Assembly (NCBI GenBank): GCA_048885865.1
Contig: JBHLLF010000001.1
Span: 135,457-199,456 of the forward strand
Length of the DNA: 64,000 bases
Direction of reading: 5' to 3'
Origin: Candidatus Hermodarchaeota archaeon
Lineage (GTDB): Archaea > Asgardarchaeota > Thorarchaeia > Thorarchaeales > Thorarchaeaceae
Part shown: one piece after another, positions 18,778 through 28,756 of the stretch
How positions within the stretch are numbered: the stretch's first letter is position 1
Layout of the letters: each line of letters starts with the position of its first letter
Notes under the pieces: model-generated
The model's input: the letters and a program-made list of their open reading frames with translations, nothing else
Database searches by the model: none
Told to the model about the DNA's origin: nothing
Made by a program: the position numbers and the translations under genes

Positions 18778-20316
18778 GTGAATTTATGGCGAAGCGCGTG
18801 GAGGCTAGGAGAATTGTCGGAGAACGAAAAACCAACCACCATTTTCGATAGACCATTTGGCCTGCGGATTATCGGGCTGACTCAGATGGCTTTTGGAGTA
18901 TTTGGCCTGCTTGCAGCAGTAGGTATCCTAGTTGCCTCCTTTGGAGCAACTCCAGCATTTGCTTCAGAGGGACCCTTGTATGCTCTGGTCATTTTCGTTG
19001 GAGTTGCCCTACCTTGCTTGATTATAGGAAATTATGTTGACGATCTCAGAAGAAACGCAGTGATTGCTCAAGCACTCTATAGCATCATCGCAGTTGGCTT
19101 GACAACCTACTTTTTGCTGAATTGGGGAGTCGCATACAGTTGGACTGTGCCTTGGTTTGAACTCAGTTTCAACATACAGATAGGGAATATTGCAGTCTTT
19201 GTCTTGGCGACTCAGGCGGCCTTTCTGTTTTACATGCTTATCTATTGGAACCGAATTGCACCTCCACCGGGGACTTTTGTCGTTAGAGACCGTAGACGAG
19301 CGCGCCTCATTGAAGAAGGATTGATGGCTGTTCCACTCACACCTTCACTACTAAGCTCAGATGGGTCTGTATTGTCTCAGGATGAGGCTCGAAAAATCCT
19401 TGACGTTCGAAAAGTCACTACCACTGAGGGGATGGCGATTCTTTGCTCAAATTGTGATGGAGCAACACCTCTGACCAAGATGGTGGATGATAACACAGTA
19501 GATTGTGATTACTGTGGAGTCACTCTTGCTGTAAGTAGTGTCTTCGTTCCATGTGAAGAACATCCAGAGTATCTCGCGGCTACAAACTGTGCCGTTTGTG
19601 GGGAGCATTTCTGCCGAAGGTGTCTAACTGCACAGGATCCTCCCATTGATAGGCGTTGGAAAGGCTCCACTGTCTATCTCTGCAGAAATTGCTTTGAGGG
19701 CAGATATCGTCCAGCTGTCACAACCACTTCACTTGTCTTGCCAATTGAAGACTTATTTGGTCAGGCTGGGGGACGATTCTCAAAAGTAGGTGGAATGTAT
19801 CGACGGTTTCTGGGAGCTTATGGAAGCGCAATGGCAAAGGTATTCAGAGCCTCAGTCCATATCTTCTCTTCAATGGACTGGTCCAGCGGCGCGAGCTCCA
19901 GCGGCAGTAGCTGCGGCGGCGGCGGAGGAGGGGGTGGTGGAGGAGGCGGCGATGAATGCTGTGGAGCAATTCTAGTGATCATCATTATTATCATAGCAAT
20001 TCCTATCCTAGTTGGCCTAGTGATGCTTCTTGGAGCGATAGTCATTGTTCCAGTTCTCTTCTATGCGGGACTCATTGGAGTGACAATAGAAGCAATCAGA
20101 ATCATCAGAAAGACGGATTTTATGTCATTAGAGCAAGCACGGGAGAAGGGCTTGCTTGAGGGTCGCAAGGTCGAAGTCGAGAAGACTCCTCTTCGTAATG
20201 AAAGCCGGCCTTGGATGGATGACCGCAGAGTCAGAGATACTGAGAGGCAGTATCAAAGAGATAGAGCTCGGGAGAGGAAAGAGGTCCCTGCCGACTCGTT
20301 CTGGAGGAGATACTGA
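18778..20316 (+). CDS. Membrane protein with two internal zinc ribbons, a Ser-rich/poly-Gly tract, a poly-Ile TM and a charged C-tail.
   Basis: 512 aa with a GTG start. Four N-terminal TMs. CxxC pairs (CSNCDG...CDYCG; CAVCGEHFCRRC...CRNC). 'SSGASSSGSSCGGGGGGGGGGGGDECCG' followed by 'AILVIIIIIIAIPILVG'. Arg/Glu-rich tail. Confidence 0.6.
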   Translation: MNLWRSAWRLGELSENEKPTTIFDRPFGLRIIGLTQMAFGVFGLLAAVGILVASFGATPAFASEGPLYALVIFVGVALPCLIIGNYVDDLRRNAVIAQALYSIIAVGLTTYFLLNWGVAYSWTVPWFELSFNIQIGNIAVFVLATQAAFLFYMLIYWNRIAPPPGTFVVRDRRRARLIEEGLMAVPLTPSLLSSDGSVLSQDEARKILDVRKVTTTEGMAILCSNCDGATPLTKMVDDNTVDCDYCGVTLAVSSVFVPCEEHPEYLAATNCAVCGEHFCRRCLTAQDPPIDRRWKGSTVYLCRNCFEGRYRPAVTTTSLVLPIEDLFGQAGGRFSKVGGMYRRFLGAYGSAMAKVFRASVHIFSSMDWSSGASSSGSSCGGGGGGGGGGGGDECCGAILVIIIIIIAIPILVGLVMLLGAIVIVPVLFYAGLIGVTIEAIRIIRKTDFMSLEQAREKGLLEGRKVEVEKTPLRNESRPWMDDRRVRDTERQYQRDRARERKEVPADSFWRRY

Positions 20317-21140
20317 TGGCCTATCATACAGAGAACATTCTATGTCCTGTTTGTGGAGGACAAATCGGTGTCGAATACACAGACAAAGTCAATCGTTGTG
20401 AGTACTGTGCCAGCTCGGTCCTAGGACCAGGTCAAAGCAGAAACTGCGTCAACCACTCAGATATCTTAGCAAAGGCATCTTGTAATGTATGCGGTGATCT
20501 CATCTGCGAAGAGTGCATGCAAACTAGGATTGGAGATTATGGAGGGAAGCTTCTGACCATCGTGCATTGTAACAAGGATACTTGTATTGCAGAAAGTGAT
20601 TGGGCAAAGCCCCTCAATAGAGAGTTTCAGGAATTGACTAACTTCGATTGGTCTGATAATAAGGACAACATTATCCTTAGAGTCGTTGGATTGGGTGCAA
20701 TCCTAATGATGCTGTTCGAGCTCTTCTTCATTCTGGCAATGCTGTGGATTCAATACTATGATCCTTGGGGACAGTCAGTTCCTTCACCGATTCCATTTCT
20801 TTTTGTGCGGGGAGATACCATCGTTATTCTAAATATCATCGGAAATGCATTGTCTGCCGTCATACTTCAAACGGCCCTGCAGATTTACATTCATGAAAGA
20901 CAACTAGGCTCAGGTGTGTTCTTGCTTGGATTTCTACTCCTCGAGGCGGCATTTCTTCTTGCTAGAGGACTCTACTTCAATCTATTAGCTTACCCAGGAA
21001 CTTGGCTTGTTCCATTCCTGCTTGGAGCATTTGGAATCGCCACACTGATGATATTCTTTGGCTCCTTAGCAGGTATCTATGTGGGATGGAAGAAACACAG
21101 CCAGATAGCGGATGCAAAGATAAGACTAGGTCTTGAGTGA
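20316..21140 (+). CDS. Membrane protein with two N-terminal zinc ribbons and a 5-TM C-terminal domain. Translationally coupled to the upstream gene.
   Basis: 274 aa. Its start overlaps the upstream stop (TGATGG). CPVCGG...CEYC and CNVCGDLICEEC...HCNKDTC ribbons precede the TM bundle. Confidence 0.6.
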   Translation: MAYHTENILCPVCGGQIGVEYTDKVNRCEYCASSVLGPGQSRNCVNHSDILAKASCNVCGDLICEECMQTRIGDYGGKLLTIVHCNKDTCIAESDWAKPLNREFQELTNFDWSDNKDNIILRVVGLGAILMMLFELFFILAMLWIQYYDPWGQSVPSPIPFLFVRGDTIVILNIIGNALSAVILQTALQIYIHERQLGSGVFLLGFLLLEAAFLLARGLYFNLLAYPGTWLVPFLLGAFGIATLMIFFGSLAGIYVGWKKHSQIADAKIRLGLE

Positions 21141-21168
21141 GAAGTGAGTTTTGCTTAACTCATTTTCC

Positions 21169-22917
21169 TCATTCTTTCGGCGTATCAAACAGGTCGATGA
21201 ATCTGAACCTATCAACATCAACCAAGCCCCTATCAGTTATCTTGAGTTTTGGTATCACAGGCAAAGAGAGGAAAGCCATGGTCATGAAAGGCTCACTAAG
21301 TGTACTTCCGATGGTCTTTGCGGCATCTTTTAGTTCCTGTATCTTCTCACTGACTACTTCTATTGTCTGATCTGACATTAGACCTGCAATAGGAAGTGGC
21401 AATGAAGCAATGACCTTCTCATCTCTCACTATCGCCAATCCGCCTTGCATTCGGACAATCTGAACTGCAGCTGCGATTAGGTCTCTGTCGTTGGTTGCTA
21501 CCGCAACTATGTTGTGACTATCATGAGCAATGGAACTGACCATAGCTCCTTCCTTTAGACCAAGACCTTTCACAAATCCTATGCCAGTCACATCAGATGC
21601 ATTGTGCCTTTCAATGATTGCAATCTTTGAAATGTCTCTGTCCACATCCGGAATTGCCAGCCCGTCCTCAATCCTAGTTTCCTCAACAAGATGTTTAGTG
21701 ATAATCTGATCAGGTATAATTCCTATGACATTCATCTTATCGCCCCGGGCCTTGACCTGGAAATCTTCTGGATCTAGCCATGTTATGTTGACCGATCTTC
21801 GGAGCCTTGGCGGTTCGTGCTCTCCAATATCCCAAATCAGCTTCCCTTTGGATGCAACCACTGCACCATTCTTGTAAACGCTATGGACGTTGATATCCTT
21901 CAGATTATCAAGTACTGCAATGTCAGCATGATAGCCGGGTGCAATGGCTCCTCTATACTGGAGACCGTAGTGCAGAGCTGTCGATATAGTGGCTACTCGA
22001 ATGGCTTGGACTGGATCCACACCATAGGATACTGCATCACGAATCAGACTGTCAATATGCCCCCTTTCAAGTAAATCCAATGTGTTGCGGTCATCAGTCA
22101 CAAAACTGCAGAGCAAGGAGGTGTGCGGCTGGATGAGCAGTGCAAGGTCCTTGAGGTTCTTTGCAGTCGATCCCTCCCTGATATGAATGTGCATCCCCAC
22201 GGCAAGCTTGGCTTCTGCTTCCTCTAATGTGTAACACTCATGTTCAGATGTAATCCTAGCAGCAGCATACGCGTTCAGTTCCATTCCTGCAAGGTCAGGA
22301 GCATGACCATCAATTCTCTTTCCTGTTGCCAGTGTCACTCTGATCTTCTCAAGAATGTCGGGATCTCTATAAACAACTCCGGGATAGTTCATAGCTTCTG
22401 CGAGTCCCAAAACATAGTGCTCTGAAAGGAGTGGTTTGATGTCTAAGAAATCTAGGGCTACCCCATTTGTTTCCAAATCGGTTGATGGCACACATGATGG
22501 GAGCATGATGTAAAACTCAAGTGGTCCTCCTCTCATGGACTTGGACATGTACATGATTCCCTCGAGTCCTAACACATTTGCGATTTCATGAGGGTCGGCA
22601 ACAACCGCCCCTGTCCCATGGGGCACCACTGCTCTCGCATATTGGAGGGGCATGACCATGGATGACTCAATGTGCACATGGGCATCGAAGAACGAAGGAA
22701 CAATGTACTTGCCCTTGAGATCAACGGTATTGCTGCCAACATACTTTCCAATTCCTGCGATGTAGCCTTGGTGAATCGCAACATCTCCCTCGATTATATC
22801 TCCGGAAAAGACGTTGACCACTGAAGCATTTTTCAGGACGAGATCAGATCGAGTTCTTCCAGCGGCAACATCAATCATCTGGTCAAGGGGGTAGGTATCG
22901 GTTTGCGGTGTAGCCAA
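21169..22917 (-). CDS. ade: Adenine deaminase.
   Basis: 582 aa. 'FFDAHVHIESSMV' metal motif and 'ADPHEIANV'. The two-domain length is typical of Ade (amidohydrolase superfamily). Confidence 0.85.
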   Translation of the reverse strand: MATPQTDTYPLDQMIDVAAGRTRSDLVLKNASVVNVFSGDIIEGDVAIHQGYIAGIGKYVGSNTVDLKGKYIVPSFFDAHVHIESSMVMPLQYARAVVPHGTGAVVADPHEIANVLGLEGIMYMSKSMRGGPLEFYIMLPSCVPSTDLETNGVALDFLDIKPLLSEHYVLGLAEAMNYPGVVYRDPDILEKIRVTLATGKRIDGHAPDLAGMELNAYAAARITSEHECYTLEEAEAKLAVGMHIHIREGSTAKNLKDLALLIQPHTSLLCSFVTDDRNTLDLLERGHIDSLIRDAVSYGVDPVQAIRVATISTALHYGLQYRGAIAPGYHADIAVLDNLKDINVHSVYKNGAVVASKGKLIWDIGEHEPPRLRRSVNITWLDPEDFQVKARGDKMNVIGIIPDQIITKHLVEETRIEDGLAIPDVDRDISKIAIIERHNASDVTGIGFVKGLGLKEGAMVSSIAHDSHNIVAVATNDRDLIAAAVQIVRMQGGLAIVRDEKVIASLPLPIAGLMSDQTIEVVSEKIQELKDAAKTIGSTLSEPFMTMAFLSLPVIPKLKITDRGLVDVDRFRFIDLFDTPKE

Positions 22918-23225
22918 TCCTCTTCACTCCTTTAGTTTCTCTACTCAGACAGACAACAAGAAAGGGTTTCCGGTGTCATCATATTATGCATGGTTTTTTC
23001 CATATGCACCTGACCCGAGTCAAGGTTAACTTGTTAAACCTCACTCCTTGCTCTCCTCTAGGCTTCACTTGGATACAGCTGCAGCGGTCATACCCATTTT
23101 CTGAGTCAGAAAAGTCACCCTTCAAATGCCTCGAAATTTCAGGTTCATATACTCAGAAACTGAATATGGACGTCAATAGAGAATAATGCTTGTTTAGACA
23201 AAGCAGCAGAATTGCATAACTGGTG

Positions 23226-23990
23226 TTAATCCTTCTTTACGCCAACAACGATCAGCCTTCTAGCTGTGTTATCATATACGCCCCCATCAAGTCCACCATA
23301 GGCACGCACATCTACGAAACCCACTGATCTAAGTAATGACTTCAGCTCTGTGGCTGAGTAGATATAGTGAGTGACAATCCATTCATGTCTTGTCCCGTCC
23401 TGTGTAATCAATATCCAAGTGTTGTGAAACTTCCCCCAATCATCAACGGGTTTTCTTCGTTCAAGATAGATGCCATACTCCCCTTCGCTCCAGTCCGCTT
23501 CTTTGTATATTCTTGCTAGAATTTCCTTCCCCATTACATCAATGATGAGACGACCGCCAGGTCTGAGAGATTTGTATACATTATCCAGCACAATCATCTG
23601 CTGACTATCGTCATCGAAGTATCCAAACGAAGTGAACATACTCAAGACAACATCAAAGCTTTTCTCTCGCACAAACTCTCTCATGTCCATCAGCACAAAC
23701 TCAGTTGAGAGGCCTTCATTCTTTGCTGTGCCCTTGGCTATCTCTAGGTAGGACTTGGTTCTATCAACACCAGTGACCTTGTATCCTCTTCTTGCGAATT
23801 CATTTGAATGCCGGCCGATTCCGCAACACAAGTCCAAGATTTCATCTTCAGTTGACATCTCTAATAGCTCGATGATCTTGTCTACTTCTTCGATGGTCAT
23901 CTCAATCCTCTGTTCACTGAACATGACCCGCCCAAATCTTTCCCACAGTTCATCCCTTTCATACCAGGGTGTCTTATCATCAGCTGGCAT
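23226..23990 (-). CDS. Class I SAM-dependent methyltransferase. Trimmed to the MPADDK start.
   Basis: The SAM motif I 'ILDLCCGIGRHS', motif II 'FVLMDMREF' and motif III 'LRPGGRLII' are present. Confidence 0.75.
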   Translation of the reverse strand: MPADDKTPWYERDELWERFGRVMFSEQRIEMTIEEVDKIIELLEMSTEDEILDLCCGIGRHSNEFARRGYKVTGVDRTKSYLEIAKGTAKNEGLSTEFVLMDMREFVREKSFDVVLSMFTSFGYFDDDSQQMIVLDNVYKSLRPGGRLIIDVMGKEILARIYKEADWSEGEYGIYLERRKPVDDWGKFHNTWILITQDGTRHEWIVTHYIYSATELKSLLRSVGFVDVRAYGGLDGGVYDNTARRLIVVGVKKD

Positions 23991-24152
23991 GGCGAATACC
24001 CCGATAGATAAACGGAAGAAGGTCCATTTCAACTTTCGGTCAAGAGTTGCTGTCCAATTCCATTTCGTTTGATTTTTAACTGACATCTGGCGGGGACAGA
24101 TAGAGATTCAGTAGCAATAGCGACTGTATCTTTTGAGTTATGGAGACGATTA

Positions 24153-24830
24153 ATGATGACGTGGCTGGAAAGACACCCCATCAGAACGGACTCCAAGAGC
24201 ATTGCCCTTTTGGCCATCTTCACTTCAATGGTCGTTGCACTTGAAGTATTCCCGATTGTTGGCGTGACCGACCTCGGACTTCCAGGCGGCTTCACAATTG
24301 ATTGGACTGGAATCCCGATTGTGATTGTCTTCTTAGGATTAGGCTTTGTCTATTCGCTTGTGGCAATAGCCGCAATGTGGATGGCAATTGCTTATCGCAA
24401 TTTCAATGGTGCAGCCTTCAAGGGCTTTGCTGAACTTCACACAATAATGGGATTGCTTATCGCCAAGATTCTGATGATGCGTTTCCAATTCGACAAAAGA
24501 ATTCGAATCCTTGTCTATCTAATATTCGGGACCGTCTTTAGAGTCATAGGCATGTTCTTCACGAACATCTACCTACTGCAGTTCTTCTATGGATTTACTC
24601 CTGAGGCTGCTATCTTGGGTGCGGCTGGGTATTCCCTGCCAAACGTGCTTCAAGCAATCATCAATATATTGGGTGGAGTGGTGCTTTATCACCTAATCCC
24701 CGAGTCATTGGCACTTCAGGCGGGCCTAGGGGATGACGCCGGCAGCGCGTCTTCTAGGGTTGAAGAGCTTCCGTTAGAAGAAATTGAGAGTTCTCAGTCA
24801 GATGACCCCGCGTTCGGAGGTCAGGGATGA
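24153..24830 (+). CDS. Polytopic membrane protein (possibly an ECF-type S-component-like substrate-capture protein) with an acidic tail.
   Basis: 225 aa with ~6 TMs. Size and topology resemble ECF S components. The function is not established from sequence. It ends just before cofE. Confidence 0.45.
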   Translation: MMTWLERHPIRTDSKSIALLAIFTSMVVALEVFPIVGVTDLGLPGGFTIDWTGIPIVIVFLGLGFVYSLVAIAAMWMAIAYRNFNGAAFKGFAELHTIMGLLIAKILMMRFQFDKRIRILVYLIFGTVFRVIGMFFTNIYLLQFFYGFTPEAAILGAAGYSLPNVLQAIINILGGVVLYHLIPESLALQAGLGDDAGSASSRVEELPLEEIESSQSDDPAFGGQG

Positions 24831-24837
24831 ATCAGCA

Positions 24838-25593
24838 ATGAAGAATCGAGAACTCACCATAGTGCCAATTCGGGAGATTCCCCTGATTAAACCAGGGGAT
24901 GACCTCCCCTCTCTTTTTGCTGAGAAGCTGAGCGGCATTCGAGAGGAGATTGAATCAGGCGATGTCCTCGTGGTATCACACACGATTGTGTCTATGGCTG
25001 AGGGACGACTCTATTTGCTTTCAGAGATTGAGGTTTCTGATAAAGCAAAGCAACTCTCATTGAAGTTGGAAAGAGAACCAGAGTATATACAGCTAGCATT
25101 GGACAATTCCGTCGAAATAATCCGGGAAGCACCTGTATTGATTACGAGAACTGCCCAGGGACTTATTACTGACTTTTCTGGTGTCGACAAGAGCAATGCT
25201 CCACCAGGTCATGCATTGGCACTTCCCGTCGACCCGGACAATTCGGCTCAAGCGATACATCATGCCATTTCTAATGAGCTTGGGATTAGGATACCTGTAA
25301 TCATTGCTGACACCCAAGGTCGACCTTGGAGGAGAGGTGCGATCAACCTGGCAATTGGCATCGCTGGCATGACACCTTTTGCTGAGAATGCCGGCAGAAT
25401 GGACCGCTTTGGAAGAACGCTTAGGAGCTCCCGTGTGTGCCTTGCTGATGAACTTGCGGCAGCAGCCGAGCTTGTCATGGGCCAAACTGGAGAAGGGATT
25501 CCAGCTGCCATAATACGGGGATTGAATCTTGAAGATGAACAGGGGTCTGTTCAAGAGGTCCTTAGAAATTCCGATAGAAACCTCTTTAGTTAG
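24838..25593 (+). CDS. cofE: Coenzyme F420-0:L-glutamate ligase (CofE-like).
   Basis: Trimmed to the MKNREL start. 'LVVSHTIVSMAEGR', 'ITRTAQGLITDFSGVDKSNAPPG' and 'IADTQGRPWRRGAINLAIG' match conserved CofE blocks. Confidence 0.75.
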   Translation: MKNRELTIVPIREIPLIKPGDDLPSLFAEKLSGIREEIESGDVLVVSHTIVSMAEGRLYLLSEIEVSDKAKQLSLKLEREPEYIQLALDNSVEIIREAPVLITRTAQGLITDFSGVDKSNAPPGHALALPVDPDNSAQAIHHAISNELGIRIPVIIADTQGRPWRRGAINLAIGIAGMTPFAENAGRMDRFGRTLRSSRVCLADELAAAAELVMGQTGEGIPAAIIRGLNLEDEQGSVQEVLRNSDRNLFS

Positions 25594-25597
25594 AATA

Positions 25598-26140
25598 TCA
25601 ACCCATCAACAGGGCTAAGGTTTCAGCCATGTCGTTCTCACTCCAGAGACCTACATGGTACCATCTTACATACCCTTCTTTATCAATAATCACGATTGAA
25701 GGGATATACTGGACATTGAAATAACTGGTGAAGACACTCTGACTATCAAGACCATGTGGCCAAGGTAGATTCTTGTCCTCCATATAGGCTGCCATCATGG
25801 CGGCGGTTTCGTCTTTATCAACAGTGAGGGATATCAAATAGATGCTCTTGCTCATATTGTTGTATAGGGTCTTAAAATTCTCATTTTGAGTTTCGCAGGC
25901 ACCGCACCAAGTTGCCATAAGATCAATGACCACAAACCGACTGCGTAACGAATGCAGAGAAATAATGCTCTCATTAGACAACATGAGATTCCAGTCAGGC
26001 AATTGTATTCCCCTACTCTTTAGGTCAACATCCTCTTCGATGCTGCCTTCATCAAATGTGAGGAACGTAAAACCAACAGCGAATCCAATAACAACAATGG
26101 ACGCAACAGCTATGACTACAAGTGCCTTCTCTGCTTGCAT
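25598..26140 (-). CDS. Membrane-anchored thioredoxin-fold thiol:disulfide oxidoreductase (TlpA/ResA-like).
   Basis: An N-terminal TM anchor, then the 'WCGAC' active site and the cis-Pro region 'YIPSIVIID' of the TlpA family. Confidence 0.75.
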   Translation of the reverse strand: MQAEKALVVIAVASIVVIGFAVGFTFLTFDEGSIEEDVDLKSRGIQLPDWNLMLSNESIISLHSLRSRFVVIDLMATWCGACETQNENFKTLYNNMSKSIYLISLTVDKDETAAMMAAYMEDKNLPWPHGLDSQSVFTSYFNVQYIPSIVIIDKEGYVRWYHVGLWSENDMAETLALLMG

Positions 26141-26272
26141 TTTGCAACCTCAACAGAGCTCGGATGTGCATACATATCGCACACCGCTAATAAGAATTGG
26201 GAAGTGGACAAAGTCTTGAAGGTGGAAGTGCACGCCACAGATATCCTTAGATATTCTAGAACTCATCTCGTC

Positions 26273-27229
26273 ATGAGCAAAATGGCTGAAGGAAAAGGAA
26301 GGTTCATACCTGCATTCATTTTCACTATTGCTGGGATTGCTGCAGCCGTATACGCGGTTGTCAGGGTCACTGGGATAATCGGTGGTCCATTGGCATCAAC
26401 TGACCTCGTTCGACAGATAGACGGTGGATTTGCTATCGATACGATTACTGTCATGGCTATTGTGCTCCCGATCTATTTGATAGAGTTCATCTTGCTCTCT
26501 GTTCCATTTGCTGCCATCATGATGCTTATGAACAGGCTCTATCGGGCGAAATCCTACACCCAGAGTGTAATAGCCGTTGGAATTAGATTCGGAGCCATGC
26601 GCATCATTCGAAGAGCTTTAGTGCCTTCACTATTTGCATTGTCATTCAGCGAAATCATGATTCAAATATTCCCTGATACAATCTTGGCCGTTCCCGTATA
26701 TCCTGCGGAAGTTGCCTATACTGGTGTAGTACGCCTAACTGAACCACTAATCTGGCTCCTAGGAGCTCTGATTGCTGTGGTAATTGCGGTTCCGTTGTAT
26801 TCACCAACATGGATTCTCAATGACTCTGGTATTGTGACTCATTTGAAGAAGAATGAATTAGAGATGAGGAGATGCCCAGATACGGAGGGCGTGGGCAAAT
26901 GGTTCGGCCAGTATCTAACCGGATTTGCGATTCTCTCCTACCCGGTTGCGATTGCTAGCAAGTTCATTATAGTTCTGCCGCGACTCATCCTTGAACGTGG
27001 CGGCATAATAGGTTGGGATTATATCATTGAAAGTCTTGTCTGGATAGCTGGTCTGCCTCTTATCGTGATGGCATTCATTCTGCCTGTGATTATTGTGAAC
27101 GAATTCGCTCTCCCCAAAACATCATCCATTATACAAAGGGCTGCACGAAGGTTCGGTGCAGAAGACCTTAGACATGTGGACGTAGAGCCGTTTCTAAATC
27201 GGGATGAAACTGGGTATTCAGTGCAGTAG
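26273..27229 (+). CDS. Polytopic membrane protein, hypothetical.
   Basis: Trimmed to the in-frame MSKMAEGKG ATG. It has ~8 TMs and no recognisable motif. Confidence 0.5.
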   Translation: MSKMAEGKGRFIPAFIFTIAGIAAAVYAVVRVTGIIGGPLASTDLVRQIDGGFAIDTITVMAIVLPIYLIEFILLSVPFAAIMMLMNRLYRAKSYTQSVIAVGIRFGAMRIIRRALVPSLFALSFSEIMIQIFPDTILAVPVYPAEVAYTGVVRLTEPLIWLLGALIAVVIAVPLYSPTWILNDSGIVTHLKKNELEMRRCPDTEGVGKWFGQYLTGFAILSYPVAIASKFIIVLPRLILERGGIIGWDYIIESLVWIAGLPLIVMAFILPVIIVNEFALPKTSSIIQRAARRFGAEDLRHVDVEPFLNRDETGYSVQ

Positions 27230-27827
27230 GGTTTGGATCCCATGGAGTATCGACGAATAGCACCCTATGCGGTCGTGATTTGCGATCGATTATGACATGA
27301 CCTCTCTCTGCTAGTACCTTGACATACTTCTGGACTTTCCCCTTCTTGATTTTGCTCCCTGCAGAGAGGTCTGCGTATGTCCCTCCTCTGGATTCCTGGA
27401 TGACGCAGAGCAGCTGATACTCAGGTAGATTGAGAACCACCGATCGTAGTGCGTCGTTTTCGCGAAGCACACCCTCCTCATCTGCCAAGAGTAGTCTGGA
27501 GACCTTTGCCTTCAATTTCGAGATTTCAGCCAAGAGCTTGACTCTATCAGATTCAAAACGAGAGAAGATGCCGCTAGAGGTATGTAGCAGCTCTGTGCTC
27601 AAGTCATTTGCGAGCCCGTCAATTGCCTCTCTGGACGCTAGACGTGCCTCTCTCACTAGACCAGTGAGGTCACTAGAGTCAAGCCATTCCCCATCAATGA
27701 GTTTCTCCACTTCAGAATAGTAATTCTCTAATCGACGTACCCAGAGATCACGTTTGCCTTGAAGCACACCAGCGATTCTCAGGGTTGACCTTGCCGCAGT
27801 ATCTTCATGACTACTCATATGGCTCAC
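27168..27827 (-). CDS. Putative transcriptional regulator with a C-terminal winged helix and a coiled-coil N-terminal region.
   Basis: 219 aa. 'LPEYQLLCVIQESRGGTYADLSAGSKIKKGKVQKYVKVLAERGHVI' resembles a wHTH. Its 3' end overlaps the convergent gene at 26273-27229 by ~60 nt. Confidence 0.45.
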   Translation of the reverse strand: MSHMSSHEDTAARSTLRIAGVLQGKRDLWVRRLENYYSEVEKLIDGEWLDSSDLTGLVREARLASREAIDGLANDLSTELLHTSSGIFSRFESDRVKLLAEISKLKAKVSRLLLADEEGVLRENDALRSVVLNLPEYQLLCVIQESRGGTYADLSAGSKIKKGKVQKYVKVLAERGHVIIDRKSRPHRVLFVDTPWDPNPTALNTQFHPDLETALRPHV

Positions 27828-27898
27828 TCTAGACTCTACTGCATTGACAGAAAATAGGAGCTAGTGTCACGTAGATATGATGGACTATCATACATAGT

Positions 27899-28711
27899 CT
27901 AGATCCAAGTAATGGTGTTCAGCAATTCTTCGATAGGTCGTGGGAAGTAGTCTTGGTGCCTTAATCTGGAGTCAGCAGCAAGTTCAGTGCCTTCATCGAA
28001 GACTAGGTGCTCAAGCTTCATTGCTCCAAAGATGGAAGAGATGTTCAATGTATTGAAATGATTGCCGTTCAAAAGCAGATATCGCAGGTCGGTGAATCTT
28101 GCCAGCGGTGAAAGGTCTAGCCGTGTTAGGTTGTTGTTAGCTAGAACCAGGTACTGCAGACGGGTGCATCTGACTAAGGGCATGAGGTTCACTTCACTTA
28201 GCTGGTTGTTTGATAGGTAGAGCCACTTGATGCCTCTTAGATCCGCAAGTGGTGAAAGGTCGATGGTGTTCAATCTATTCTGTGACAAGTCAAGAGCTTG
28301 CAGCTTGGATGACCGGCTGAGAGGAGAAAGATCGATTGTTTCAATCTGATTGTCGCTTAGAATCAACATCCTCATGTTGGCACATTCATACAAAGGATCA
28401 AGGTCAACCTCTGATATGGCATTGGACTTCAAGTTCACAGTTTCCAGGTCTCTAAACGAGGCTAATGGGACCAAGCTAATATTGGCTATATTCATGCCCT
28501 TCAGGTCGAGGTCAGTGACATAGATGTCTTTGTCTGTTTGAAGTTGCTCGCCTACCTCTGTGGTAAATCTAATTACGACCCTACCCAGTTCTACCGACTC
28601 CTCTCTCAGGCTGATTTTTACAATACAAATTGCCTCATGACTTTTACGCTCTTCGCGTGCCGCACATATTTCCATTTGTGCATCGATGTAAAAAGGTTCT
28701 GGGAAGTACAA
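27899..28711 (-). CDS. Leucine-rich repeat (LRR) protein.
   Basis: At least eight consecutive 22-23-aa 'LxxLxLSxNxIxxIDLSPLxx' repeats (e.g. LQALDLSQNRLNTIDLSPLADL). Confidence 0.75.
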   Translation of the reverse strand: MYFPEPFYIDAQMEICAAREERKSHEAICIVKISLREESVELGRVVIRFTTEVGEQLQTDKDIYVTDLDLKGMNIANISLVPLASFRDLETVNLKSNAISEVDLDPLYECANMRMLILSDNQIETIDLSPLSRSSKLQALDLSQNRLNTIDLSPLADLRGIKWLYLSNNQLSEVNLMPLVRCTRLQYLVLANNNLTRLDLSPLARFTDLRYLLLNGNHFNTLNISSIFGAMKLEHLVFDEGTELAADSRLRHQDYFPRPIEELLNTITWI

Positions 28712-28756
28712 AATGAAACCAAATCATGCCATTTGCATCGTGCGGTATGTTCGTTC

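Noticed and set aside
19790-20401. ORFs 19790-19975(+), 19818-20045(-), 19956-20159(+) and 20156-20401(+) around the poly-Gly region.
   Set aside because: They are generated by the GC-rich GGN repeat. The antisense frame gives poly-Pro. These are artefacts of the low-complexity tract.
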